From contig JAWBBW010000013.1 in assembly GCA_038824035.1 (NCBI GenBank), forward strand, positions 1 to 37,800: a stretch of 37,800 nt of DNA, in the 5' to 3' direction. Made by a program: the position numbers and the translations under genes. The stretch is from Desulfurococcaceae archaeon. GTDB lineage: Archaea > Thermoproteota > Thermoprotei_A > Sulfolobales > Desulfurococcaceae. Within the stretch, counting starts at the first letter, position 1. Each line of letters opens with the position of its first letter. Under the pieces are notes generated by a model. It was not told where the DNA came from. It searched no databases and saw nothing but the letters and a program-made list of their open reading frames with translations. This document shows, one piece after another, positions 20,114 through 29,520 of this stretch.

Positions 20114-20558
20114 TTTTCATATCCTCCGTGAATTTCTTGATCTTCTCAGCGATCCAAGAATACTTGATCCCGAGTATACGTAAAGCTAATAAGGCAGCAT
20201 TCTTTGCATTACCAATCGCAACCGTGGCTACAGGGGTTCCATAAGGCATTTGAACAATCGATAACAATGAGTCAAGCCCATTCAAATACTTAGATGGGAT
20301 TGGAACACCTATTACAGGTAAATGAGTCAAGGAAGCTGTCATTCCAGGCAAGTGTGCAGCACCACCTGCGCCTGCTATTATGACTTCTATTCCTCTCTCG
20401 GCGGCTGTTTTAGCGAATTCAAACATGAATTCAGGAGTTCTATGAGCTGATACAACTCTAACCTCCACATCTACCCCGAATTGCTTGAGAACATCTACGG
20501 CCTCTTTCATATATTCCCAATCACTTTTGCTACCCATTATAACGGCTACTTTCGGCAT
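20085..20558 (-). CDS. purE: N5-CAIR mutase (class I PurE)
   Basis: [37 protein letters not shown]. Confidence 0.98.
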   Translation of the reverse strand: MPKVAVIMGSKSDWEYMKEAVDVLKQFGVDVEVRVVSAHRTPEFMFEFAKTAAERGIEVIIAGAGGAAHLPGMTASLTHLPVIGVPIPSKYLNGLDSLLSIVQMPYGTPVATVAIGNAKNAALLALRILGIKYSWIAEKIKKFTEDMKNEVLSTRLE

Positions 20559-20677
20559 ATAGACACCTGGAAAATATTATCACATCCAGATTATTGAAAA
20601 GCCAGGCATGTAAAAAATACTTTATGAAGTTCGCCCTAATTATTTAAATAACATTTAAAAATGACTTTGATAATTAA

Positions 20678-22111
20678 ATGCAGTACTGGGCATCAATGAT
20701 TTATGAAAATAAGTCCAAAAAAGAAATAGATCAAGCCCTTTTACCAATACCAGCTGATAAAAGGCTTTATGGTAGGTTAACCTTTACCTGGATGATGTTC
20801 AGCATGAATGTCTGTATTCCACTGTTTTTCCTCGGCTCGATAGGTTATTCTCTTGGTCTAAATGCGCTCGAAATCGCGCTTGGGGCATTTCTGGGTAATT
20901 TAGCCACTGCAATAGTATTGCTATTGAACGGATTACCAGGTGTTAAATATGGTATACCTTATCCGATTCAGTTAAGGGCAAGCTGGGGTTCACGAGGCGC
21001 CTTAATACCGGTTGTGTTGAGAGGTATTGTGGGTGCTGGATGGTATGGTATTGAGGTATATAATGGTAGTTTAGCCATGTTAATGGTAGCTCTTTACATA
21101 TTAAGCTATGGCGGGAGAAACCCAGAGACCATAGTATCGGCGTCGTTCAAATACGTAGTAATCGTTGTAGCACTATATGTGGTGTTCGCCACTGTGATCA
21201 TGGCTAAAGGCCTGAAGACTGTGGCCAGGTTTATTAATTTAACAGGGCCAATGCTCTTGCTATATTTCATCTGGTTGACCATTTATTTAAGTGGATATAC
21301 ATCGTCTCCCATGGCCCCAGCTGGCAAGGGCATATTCTCAAAGGAATTCGCTGTATACCTAGCAGTGCAGACTAATTTCTGGGCTACAATGTGTTTAAAC
21401 ATAAGTGACCTGGCAAGAGGCCTATATGCTGATAGGAGAGGCGTGGAGGCCCTCTTAATAGGGCCAATGATAGGTATTGTGTTAACATCCGTTGTGGCAT
21501 CATTATTGGGATATTACATGGTGTTATTTACGGGTTATTCGACGCCACAAGAGATAATATTGTACACGGCGCCTGGAATGATCTCGATTATCTTAGGCCA
21601 GGTGTTCGCGTTCATAGCCCCTTTCAGCACAGATATAACAGCTAATATACCAGCATTAATGAACATATTCACAGCCGGTTTCAAATTGAAATGGGGCATA
21701 GCGGCCGCTATAGCTGGTGTGATAGGTTTTGTATTAGCTCCTTGGTGGGCGGTCGAAAGAGGCCCCGACATAGTCAATTATGTCGCGGCATTTACTGCTA
21801 ATTATGGCATAATACTGGGACCTATTGCAGGCATAATGTTGTCTGATTACTACATTGTCAAAAAGAGGAATTATGATGTTGAGAAGCTATATAGTGATGA
21901 TAATGACAACATTCGACATCATAGATATAGTTACGCGGCGATAATGTCATATGTGATCTCTATAGTGATCATCTATGTGTTCAGCTATGTTATAGGAGAT
22001 ATAGTAAAGCTAGGTCCCCTGGTGTTTCCCACGAATTTGAGCTGGTACCTGGGAGTAATGGTAACCTTTATTCTATATCCAATCATGGTTAAGGTGTTCA
22101 AGGAGGGCTAA
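20678..22111 (+). CDS. NCS1-family nucleobase/cation symporter (cytosine/uracil/allantoin permease family)
   Basis: About 12 TM helices; PGVKYGIPYPIQLRASWG, GWYGIE, WATMCLNISDLAR, APW, GPIAGIMLSDYY. Confidence 0.92.
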   Translation: MQYWASMIYENKSKKEIDQALLPIPADKRLYGRLTFTWMMFSMNVCIPLFFLGSIGYSLGLNALEIALGAFLGNLATAIVLLLNGLPGVKYGIPYPIQLRASWGSRGALIPVVLRGIVGAGWYGIEVYNGSLAMLMVALYILSYGGRNPETIVSASFKYVVIVVALYVVFATVIMAKGLKTVARFINLTGPMLLLYFIWLTIYLSGYTSSPMAPAGKGIFSKEFAVYLAVQTNFWATMCLNISDLARGLYADRRGVEALLIGPMIGIVLTSVVASLLGYYMVLFTGYSTPQEIILYTAPGMISIILGQVFAFIAPFSTDITANIPALMNIFTAGFKLKWGIAAAIAGVIGFVLAPWWAVERGPDIVNYVAAFTANYGIILGPIAGIMLSDYYIVKKRNYDVEKLYSDDNDNIRHHRYSYAAIMSYVISIVIIYVFSYVIGDIVKLGPLVFPTNLSWYLGVMVTFILYPIMVKVFKEG

Positions 22112-22165
22112 TCAAGTTTTTCTCCAGATCATTTCTTCCAGTTCAAGGTTTATTATTTAAGATTT

Positions 22166-23255
22166 ATGTTTTTATTTATTTGGTGCAGAGTATTGTTCTC
22201 TCTAAAAGAAGTATACGTAGTAGATACGCGTAGATCTCCGTATGCTAAGTTGATATCTGCTCCCCTAAACAAGATAATAATTAATGATATGTTCTGGTTG
22301 CCCAGGATCATCAGCCTAGTTGAGAGAACATTGCCACTACAATACGAATTTCTTGAAAAAACAGGAAGGGTTGATAATTTCAGAGTAGCGGCAGGATTGA
22401 AAGAAGGAGGATATACAGGTGTCTTTTGGTTCAATGATTCAGATGTGTACAAGTGGATCGAGGCATCTTCATACGCGCTCATACATAAGTGGAGAGATGA
22501 TCTATATAGAAACGTTAACGAGGTCATAGAGATAATAGCCAAGGCCCAAAGCAAAATTGGCGTACTTACCTAGCATAGCTTACGCGATTTCAAAAGATGA
22601 GCCAAAGATATGGATAAACCTATTTATTAATAGCAAAGCAGAGATCGATCTACATGGTAATAAAGTAGGGATAGAAACCATTACCGAATATCCATGGAGA
22701 GGGGATATAGCCTTAAAAGTATACCCCGAGAGATCAGACGAATTCTCACTCATGATCAGGATACCTAGCTGGACCATTTACCCCAGGATCAAAATTGATG
22801 GCAAGGTATTCGAGCCAGTGCCGGGAACATATTTCGAGATAATGAAAAAATGGGATATAGGCGACCACGTCGAGATATATCTGCCAATTAAGCCGAGGCT
22901 TGTCAGGGCACATCCATGGATCGAGAGCGATTATAACAAGTTAGCCATTGCTAGAGGTCCATTAATATATTGCATTGAACAAAAGGACAATGAGAACTTC
23001 GACATAAGAGATCTATTTATAAAGCCAAGTGAGGTGGACCTAAGGGAAGAATATGTCCCAGGTCTATTGAATGGCGTAGTTGTGTTAAAGGGTAATGGAT
23101 ATGTACTGCGCAATCGTGGGGATAGGCTTTATAGAGAACATGCTCTCTCCGAGGCCGAGGAGATATTCGAGAAGACGACTTTTACCGCAATACCCTATTA
23201 TGCATGGAACAATAGAGGTCCAACACGAATGAGTGTTTTGGATAAAAACAATTAA
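22166..23255 (+). pseudogene. GH127 (beta-L-arabinofuranosidase-like) glycoside hydrolase pseudogene with central deletion and frameshift near 22550
   Basis: N fragment has GRVDNFRVAAG and FNDSDVYKWIEA..Y; C fragment has TEYPWRG, IRIPSW, RGPLIYCIE and AIPYYAWNNRG; the central catalytic segment is absent. Confidence 0.85.
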
Positions 23256-23454
23256 TTAAATCAGTAGATTTATTTTTATAGGCCCCTCTTTAGCTAGCCA
23301 CATCATTGCTGTTTTAAACACGAACAGATAAGCTATGTTTACAAGATGATTTAGCTATGTTATGTAGCAATGCTCATTGACGTGGTGAAGTCGGTTAACA
23401 GTATTTAAACTTTGCCCGAATTAATCCATACCCATGATATAATGATCCAGCGAG

Positions 23455-24882
23455 GTGACAATTACGGAAAGTGTTGCGGTAAATCGTGAAAAGATATTAA
23501 CGGGCCGTGTGGGCACAACATTACTATGGCTAGGATTACCTTTAATGGTAGTTCAGCTCGTTAATATATCATATAATATCGTGGACACTTTTTGGCTAAG
23601 TAGGTATGACGAAATAGCCCCAGCCGTGCCAAGGCAAATATGGCCTACCTTCATGTTTATAAACGCGTTAACTCAGGGATTAGTAGTGGCTAACTTAGCC
23701 ATTATAAGTCAATATGTGGGTGCACAAGACTATGAGGAGGCTAAAAAGGTAATTTCTCATTTCATCTCCGCGACTTTGTTATTGAACTTGATCGCAACGT
23801 CACTGTACCTAATGGTAAGGCAATACATTTTCCTATACATTATTAGGACTCCGCCGGAGTTATTCAATTATGTAATGAAGTACTCCGGGGTAATATCCAT
23901 CGATATGGTGCTTTCAGCGTTCACGCTTACATATTCCACAATATTTCAATCGATTGGAGACACTAGAACTCCCTCCAGAATAAACATTGTAGCATCCTTG
24001 GTGAATTTCCTGCTTGACCCTTTGATGATATTGGGTTTAGAAGTAAATAACGTTGTAGTATTTCCAAGAATGGGCGTCATCGGCGCAGCCATAGCCACTG
24101 TGATAGCGAGGTTAACTGGGTTAATGGTCTTAGTGACATATCTTAATACAAAATACTCATCTCTAAGGCCACGTTTAACTTTCAAGTTTGATGCAAAATG
24201 GGTCTTGAAGTGTCTTAGAATAGGTATGCCCGTATCAGTGATGATGATTTCCAATAGTATGGCTTTTATGCTCCAAAACTCCCTTATAAATCAGTTCGGG
24301 GTTTATGTAGCCACAGCGGCCGCCATAGGCTTTGTCCTAATGGACATAGCGGATGCGACTATATGGGGTTTCACAAGTAGTATAGCAGTGATGGTGGGGC
24401 AAGCTGTGGGTGCTAATATGCCTAGTAGGGCTAGGGAAGTGGCCATTAAATCGATGCTTTACATAGGATGTTCAACTCTTATAGGCTCTTTAATAGTGTT
24501 GTTTGCGAGAAAGGTCTTTATCTCGTTCTTCACTTCGAACGAAGTAATAGCTAGTGAAGCAGAGAGATTTGTGACGATCTTTGTCCCGACGCTGGTTTTC
24601 TTTGCCATTTTCTTCATCGGAATGTCTATTGGAAGAGGATCGGGCCATATATTGTTTCCAACAATGATAGGCATAATAAGGCTTTGGATAATTAGGATCA
24701 TGTTAGGATATATTCTTGCATTCGTATTTAAAATGGGTGTAATGGGTGTGTGGATAGCAATGGCGTTGAGCAACGTTATTTCGGGGATCGCGATTATACC
24801 CTGGATATTAAGATGTAATTGGACGACCCCTATTATTAGAACTACCGAAGTTAAATGGGTTCCACGATATAGAAAACCCTGA
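23455..24882 (+). CDS. MATE-family efflux transporter
   Basis: YNIVDTFWL, ISQYVGA, GDTRTP, NFLLDPLMI, GVIGAAIATVIAR, VGQAVGA. Confidence 0.95.
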   Translation: MTITESVAVNREKILTGRVGTTLLWLGLPLMVVQLVNISYNIVDTFWLSRYDEIAPAVPRQIWPTFMFINALTQGLVVANLAIISQYVGAQDYEEAKKVISHFISATLLLNLIATSLYLMVRQYIFLYIIRTPPELFNYVMKYSGVISIDMVLSAFTLTYSTIFQSIGDTRTPSRINIVASLVNFLLDPLMILGLEVNNVVVFPRMGVIGAAIATVIARLTGLMVLVTYLNTKYSSLRPRLTFKFDAKWVLKCLRIGMPVSVMMISNSMAFMLQNSLINQFGVYVATAAAIGFVLMDIADATIWGFTSSIAVMVGQAVGANMPSRAREVAIKSMLYIGCSTLIGSLIVLFARKVFISFFTSNEVIASEAERFVTIFVPTLVFFAIFFIGMSIGRGSGHILFPTMIGIIRLWIIRIMLGYILAFVFKMGVMGVWIAMALSNVISGIAIIPWILRCNWTTPIIRTTEVKWVPRYRKP

Positions 24883-25028
24883 TCAAATTTGATACCAAGG
24901 TATCGCGATGTTTCTTAAAATAAGAATAATTCCACGAGATATTCAGATCGCTGGGACGTATTCCAATGGTTTAACCATATGGAGACTTGGAGAACAAAAC
25001 ATAGGGGAATGGGAAATAAAAATGAAAA

Positions 25029-25104
25029 TGCGGCGGCCGGGATTTGAACCCGGGATTTCCGGCGTGGCAGGCCGGCGTCCTAGTCCAGGCTAGACGACCG
25101 CCGC
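25029..25104 (-). tRNA. tRNA-Gly(GCC)
   Basis: Reverse complement GCGGCGGTCGTCTAGCCTGG...CCGGC-CTGCCAC-GCCGG...GGGTTCAAATCCCGGCCGCCGCA; no encoded CCA. Confidence 0.96.
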
Positions 25105-25133
25105 TTTTGCCATTTTCTTACATTTTATAATAG

Positions 25134-25178
25134 TATTTATATTTTTTCCAATAGTGAAAATGATAACGCTTTTAAATA
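25134..25178. promoter_or_regulatory. Back-to-back TATA promoters of the divergent tRNA-Gly and tRNA-Glu genes
   Basis: Minus-strand TATAAATA (25134-25141) with A-rich BRE; plus-strand TTTTAAATA (25170-25178). Confidence 0.55.
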
Positions 25179-25215
25179 CGGAAATTAACTATATGATTAC
25201 ATAGACTCCAAGTAA

Positions 25216-25290
25216 GCCGCCGTAGTATAGCCCGGTCAAGTATGCGGGCCTTTCGAGCCCGTGACCCGGGTTCAAATCCCGGCGGCGGCA
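25216..25290 (+). tRNA. tRNA-Glu(TTC)
   Basis: GCCGCCG acceptor stem, anticodon arm CGGGC-CTTTCGA-GCCCG, T-loop TTCAAAT. Confidence 0.96.
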
Positions 25291-25455
25291 ATCACATCCA
25301 ATAAAATCATTATCGATGTCGTTATCATATTCAATCAACTCCGTGATATTGTACCGTTAAGTTGACTCATAACTAGCTTGTCAACGTGATATCGTAATAT
25401 AAGGGTTATTAATGGCATTTGAAATAAGTTACCTTCGTGCTTAGGGTCTATCTAT

Positions 25456-26436
25456 ATGAAGCTAGGAATATACGGTTTTGGATCCATTGGTCGACTTCTC
25501 GCAAAAGTTGCCATATCAAGGGGACACGAGATTGTTGCTGTTGTAGATGTAGATGAAAAGGTCGTAGGCAAGGATATTGGGGAAATACTTGGCACTGAAA
25601 AATACGGCGTGAATGTGTCCAAAGAAATACAAGTCCTCGGTGAATCAGATACCGTGTTACACGCAACACGTTCATATTTAAACGAGGTATATCAGCAAAT
25701 TCTGAGTGTGATTGAAATGGGTGTTAACGTTGTCTCGACATGTGAAACACTGGCATTTCCATATTATAGATACCCTGTACTAGCGAGAAAATTAGATGAG
25801 ATTGCAAGGAGCTATGGTGTAGTAGTGATTGGAACAGGTATAAATCCCGGGTTCCTACTAGATACCCTTGCAACTGTTTTATCTTCCACAGTACCCGTTG
25901 TTAAGAGCATAAAAGCAGTTAGAAGCCTTGATGCGGCTAAGCGAAGAGAACCCTTTAGGAGGAAAATAGGCGTGAACGAAGATCCGGAAACCGTGAAAAG
26001 AATGATGGAGAAAAAGCTTATAACCGGTCATGTAGGCTACGCTGAATCCGTTTACTTGATCGCCAGTGCAGGCGATATTGAGTTAACCCGTGTCGTTGAA
26101 TACCAAGAACCAGTCCCTGCTATGGAGCCAGTGGAATCAGCTGGTGTAAGGGTGGAGAGTGGTATGAACAAGGGTATTAGAGGCTATGGTGTAGGTTATG
26201 TAGGTGATAGAGAAGTCATTAGAATAGAGCTTCACGCATATGTCGGAGCGCCAGAATATGATGAAATAACAATCAATGGGGAGGATTATACAATAACATG
26301 GAGAAGTACTGGTACACCAGGCGATTTAAGCACAGCATCTGTCGTTATGAGTGTGGCTGAGAAGACTCAATGGTTTCCACCAGGACTAAGGCTTATGACA
26401 GAGCTAATACCATTTAGAATACATTTCTCAATATAA
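25456..26436 (+). CDS. NAD(P)-dependent dehydrogenase of the DapB-like / 2,4-diaminopentanoate (amine) dehydrogenase family
   Basis: Rossmann YGFGSIG, GVNVVSTCETLAFP, GTGINPGFLLD, GHVGYAES, PGDLSTA. Confidence 0.8.
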   Translation: MKLGIYGFGSIGRLLAKVAISRGHEIVAVVDVDEKVVGKDIGEILGTEKYGVNVSKEIQVLGESDTVLHATRSYLNEVYQQILSVIEMGVNVVSTCETLAFPYYRYPVLARKLDEIARSYGVVVIGTGINPGFLLDTLATVLSSTVPVVKSIKAVRSLDAAKRREPFRRKIGVNEDPETVKRMMEKKLITGHVGYAESVYLIASAGDIELTRVVEYQEPVPAMEPVESAGVRVESGMNKGIRGYGVGYVGDREVIRIELHAYVGAPEYDEITINGEDYTITWRSTGTPGDLSTASVVMSVAEKTQWFPPGLRLMTELIPFRIHFSI

Positions 26437-26698
26437 TGGTGTCTGGGTTCACTTCTTTAGATAATTCCTAGTGACTCGAACACCCTTAGATATGGCATTT
26501 GGAAAGGAGAGATATTAAGTATTCATTTTACAACAACATAAATAACTGGGAAAAACGTTCAGGTAATTTAGGGAAATTATGAAAATATGAGGGTTTAGAC
26601 ATAGAAAAGGACTTTTCTTTATCTCATGTTCCTAGATGTTTATTGACACAGATTTTTAACATAATTCCGAGTTATATGGGAAATGTGGGTAAAGCGTT

Positions 26699-28090
26699 AT
26701 GTGGACATCGCGCTCTGAGAAAGAAAGGTTATTTTTAAAGGATTTCCCCCCAGAAGAGTTTAAAGAACGTAGAAAGAAATTGATCGATGCAATAGGCCAA
26801 GAAGCATGTGCACTTGTACCAGGTATGCCGTTCGTGAGAGGTTTTTACCGTTTTCGCCAATCTAATGACTTCCATTATCTCTGCGGTGTTGAGATACCAC
26901 ATGCGTATCTATTAATAGATGGCGCAAGTGGTTCTTCGCGGTTATACATACCACGGTTTATAAAAGGAGGTAAATTCACCCTTACACTTGAGGATTCTGA
27001 TCTAATAAGGGAGTTCAGTGGAATTGATGAAGTTCTCCCTCTGGAGGATCTGTTTGAACACTTGAAAGATGTCAAAACACTCTATGTCCCACATAGGCCA
27101 TCGGAGGGCTGGGCCGAAAGTCGTTACACGGTGACTTATGCTAATATGCTAATAGCGCTGGATCCGTGGGATGGACGAATACCTCGTGAACAACACTTAA
27201 TTGGGTTATTAAAAGCCCGTTTTCCCAAAATGGTGATCAAAGATTTGACACCAATACTTGACTCCATGAGATTGATTAAATCAGATAGGGAGATCAAACT
27301 TCTCAGAAAAGCAGGAGAATTGGCAGCACTCGCTGTCACAGAAGCTATGCGTATAACACGACCTGGTTTAATGGAATACCATTTAAGGGCGATTGCGAGC
27401 TTTATTTTCATAGCACACGGGGGCTCTGGGGAGGGGTATCTTTCAATTATTGCCACTGGGAATAATATTTGGGATCCACACTACTATTTACATGATACAA
27501 TGTTGAAAGAAGGTGATTTAGTGCTCATGGATGCTGCGCCAGAATACCACTATTATACAAGTGATATCGGCAGAATGTGGCCCGTCAGTGGGAAGTATTT
27601 ACAGTGGCAAAGAGAACTATACGGCTTCATAGTGGAATACCATAAAACATTGTTACAATGCATTCGTCCGGGCTTAACACCCGAAGAAGTGTTGAAAATA
27701 GCTGCCGAGAACATGGTTGACTATATAAATAAAAACAAGTTCTCGAAGGACATATATAGAAAGGCGGCTGAAAGGGCATTACAGTTCACCGGGCATCTCT
27801 CTCACACAGTGGGTATGGCTGTACACGATGCAGGAGATTATCATGGAATGCCATTTAGACCGGGAATGGTGTTCTCCGTTGATCCCCAGATGTGGGTGCC
27901 TGAAGAGGAATTATACATACGTGTTGAGGACACAGTGGTGGTTACTGAGAACGGTGTTGAAAGATTAACGGGTAAGGCTCCGCTAGATCTCGATGATGTT
28001 GAGGAAACAATGCGTGATAGAAGTTCATATTTCAATAAGGATCTTCTATATAATGCGTTGATAAAATCCGTTGAATATAATATGTTTTAA
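26699..28090 (+). CDS. Xaa-Pro aminopeptidase (M24B, aminopeptidase P type with N-terminal domain)
   Basis: YRFRQSNDFHYLCG, RLIKSDREI, LMDAA....YTSDIGR, HTVGMAVHD, IRVEDTVVVT. Confidence 0.9.
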   Translation: MWTSRSEKERLFLKDFPPEEFKERRKKLIDAIGQEACALVPGMPFVRGFYRFRQSNDFHYLCGVEIPHAYLLIDGASGSSRLYIPRFIKGGKFTLTLEDSDLIREFSGIDEVLPLEDLFEHLKDVKTLYVPHRPSEGWAESRYTVTYANMLIALDPWDGRIPREQHLIGLLKARFPKMVIKDLTPILDSMRLIKSDREIKLLRKAGELAALAVTEAMRITRPGLMEYHLRAIASFIFIAHGGSGEGYLSIIATGNNIWDPHYYLHDTMLKEGDLVLMDAAPEYHYYTSDIGRMWPVSGKYLQWQRELYGFIVEYHKTLLQCIRPGLTPEEVLKIAAENMVDYINKNKFSKDIYRKAAERALQFTGHLSHTVGMAVHDAGDYHGMPFRPGMVFSVDPQMWVPEEELYIRVEDTVVVTENGVERLTGKAPLDLDDVEETMRDRSSYFNKDLLYNALIKSVEYNMF

Positions 28091-28285
28091 AATCGATTTC
28101 AATCAAGTTGTATTCTGCCAACTGGTTTGGAATAATTCATCTAGTATTGGTGTAAAACATCATGGTCAAGCCCATAACTGATATTTATTAAGAGTTGTTT
28201 TCACAGTAAAAATGCCTGGAAAACATCCATTAACATGGTCGTTGAAATCGAATCGACAACCTAGTAAAAACTCATAGGTGGAAAT

Positions 28286-28612
28286 ATGTCTCGGAGTATT
28301 AAGGATAAACTATACGAAAGCATTCAGAAATATGTGAAAAACACTGCTCCTGGATTGATTCATACGCTTAATATTTATTGCCAAAAACTCGTTGGGGTTG
28401 ATTGTATCACGTTATTTCTAGAGGAACCGTGGGTTTTCAAAGAGATCTTGACCAGTATATATGGCTCTTCGCCAACAGTGGAGATGGTTGCAAGGATATT
28501 TATATATCCCGTGATATTAGAGACCGGGATTGAAAAGTCATTAGATGAGTTGGCGAAATTACTTATAAGAGACCCGCGCGAGTTATATAGGATAATACAT
28601 GGGTTATTTTGA
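28286..28612 (+). CDS. Small archaeal protein with Cx7C motif (DUF3227-like, tentative); paralog of 17663-17998
   Basis: AGGTGG RBS; aligns by eye over its full length with 17663-17998. Confidence 0.75.
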   Translation: MSRSIKDKLYESIQKYVKNTAPGLIHTLNIYCQKLVGVDCITLFLEEPWVFKEILTSIYGSSPTVEMVARIFIYPVILETGIEKSLDELAKLLIRDPRELYRIIHGLF

Positions 28613-28887
28613 AATAATGATAAAGGTATTATAGATCTTATATCAAAAGATCTTAGTACTTATGTATTGAGTCAAAAATTATTGCTACATGGTCTTCTAT
28701 GAGTGAAAAAAATATGATGTTCCAGTGATCTCCGGTTAAAGCAACATATTGATCGTACTCGAGGCGGGATCGATTCGAGAGACGATGCTATATCAGCTAA
28801 AGGTGGACAGATATAGTTCACTGTTTCAGAGACATGGTGATTTGAAACTGGACTCAAATATTTAGGTTTCAAACAACACAATATTAC

Positions 28888-29229
28888 ATGGTGTGGCTGT
28901 CCATGATTAGTTTTACAGAGCTATTTCAAATGGTGATAGGCAATCCACAGTCAGTTATGATAATGTTCATCCAGTTCATATTAGGAGCGGCACTTGGGTA
29001 TATAGCTGTCAAGGCGTTGAAATATATACTGGCATTTATACTGATACTGGTATTGGGGGCGTTTTTGTCGATATGGTCATTAGGTGCGACACCACAAGAA
29101 GTTTTGGGTAAGCTAGGTGTTACAATTGAGGCATTGAAGGGCATTGCATATATAGTGGGTTTAATGATGATAGGCCCAGTCGCAGTAGGTTTCATCGTAG
29201 GGTTATTGCTTGCTATATTGTTAAGATGA
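28888..29229 (+). CDS. Small membrane protein (FUN14-like, tentative)
   Basis: About 3 hydrophobic helices; QFILGAALGYIAVKALKYILA pattern. Confidence 0.65.
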   Translation: MVWLSMISFTELFQMVIGNPQSVMIMFIQFILGAALGYIAVKALKYILAFILILVLGAFLSIWSLGATPQEVLGKLGVTIEALKGIAYIVGLMMIGPVAVGFIVGLLLAILLR

Positions 29230-29263
29230 GAAAACAGTGAATCAATGGTTTAACCAGTGATGT

Positions 29264-29275
29264 GAAATTTATAAG
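29264..29275 (+). promoter_or_regulatory. BRE-TATA promoter of tRNA-Met
   Basis: GAAATTTATAAG ending about 27 nt upstream of the tRNA 5' end. Confidence 0.6.
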
Positions 29276-29301
29276 ACCTCTCAAAGTTAAAAATACCAGA
29301 G

Positions 29302-29407
29302 GCCGCCGTAGCTCAGCCCGGCCAGAGCGCCGGACTCATACGGGTCTAGGAACCGAGGTTGCCCAGGAGAGATCCGGTTGTCCCGGGTTCAAATCCCGGC
29401 GGCGGCA
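29302..29407 (+). tRNA. Elongator tRNA-Met(CAT) with 31-nt intron at position 37/38 (29341-29371)
   Basis: GCCGCCG/CGGCGGC acceptor stem (G1-C72, so not the initiator); CCGGA-CTCATA[intron]A-TCCGG anticodon arm; bulge-helix splice structure. Confidence 0.93.
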
Positions 29408-29454
29408 TTTTATTTCCAGACATCATTTAGCTAAGACAGTGATACATGGTTTCG

Positions 29455-29509
29455 AAGTGATGAAGCCGCCAGAACATGATTTGATGATGCATCTTTCAGC
29501 GAGCTGAGC
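29455..29509 (+). ncRNA. Box C/D methylation-guide sRNA
   Basis: C box GTGATGA 29457-29463, 12-nt guide, D' ATGA 29476-29479, C' TTGATGA 29481-29487, 16-nt guide, D box CTGA 29504-29507; both guides complementary to the 23S rRNA in this window. Confidence 0.8.
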
Positions 29510-29520
29510 ATATAAACCTC

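Noticed and set aside
24908-25093. ORFs overlapping tRNAs (24908-25093, also 29262-29507 and 33512-33835)
   Set aside because: They are read-throughs of tRNA or sRNA sequence with no protein features.
26699-28090. Aminopeptidase P as the processing enzyme for the Pro-rich precursor peptide
   Set aside because: It is about 9 kb from the cluster, not linked, and a common catabolic enzyme; nothing in the sequence supports the connection.
28672-28881. 69-aa Cys-rich minus-strand ORF as a second precursor peptide
   Set aside because: No evident RBS, no similarity to the 42-aa peptide, no adjacent modifying enzyme, and it overlaps the likely promoter of 28888-29229.
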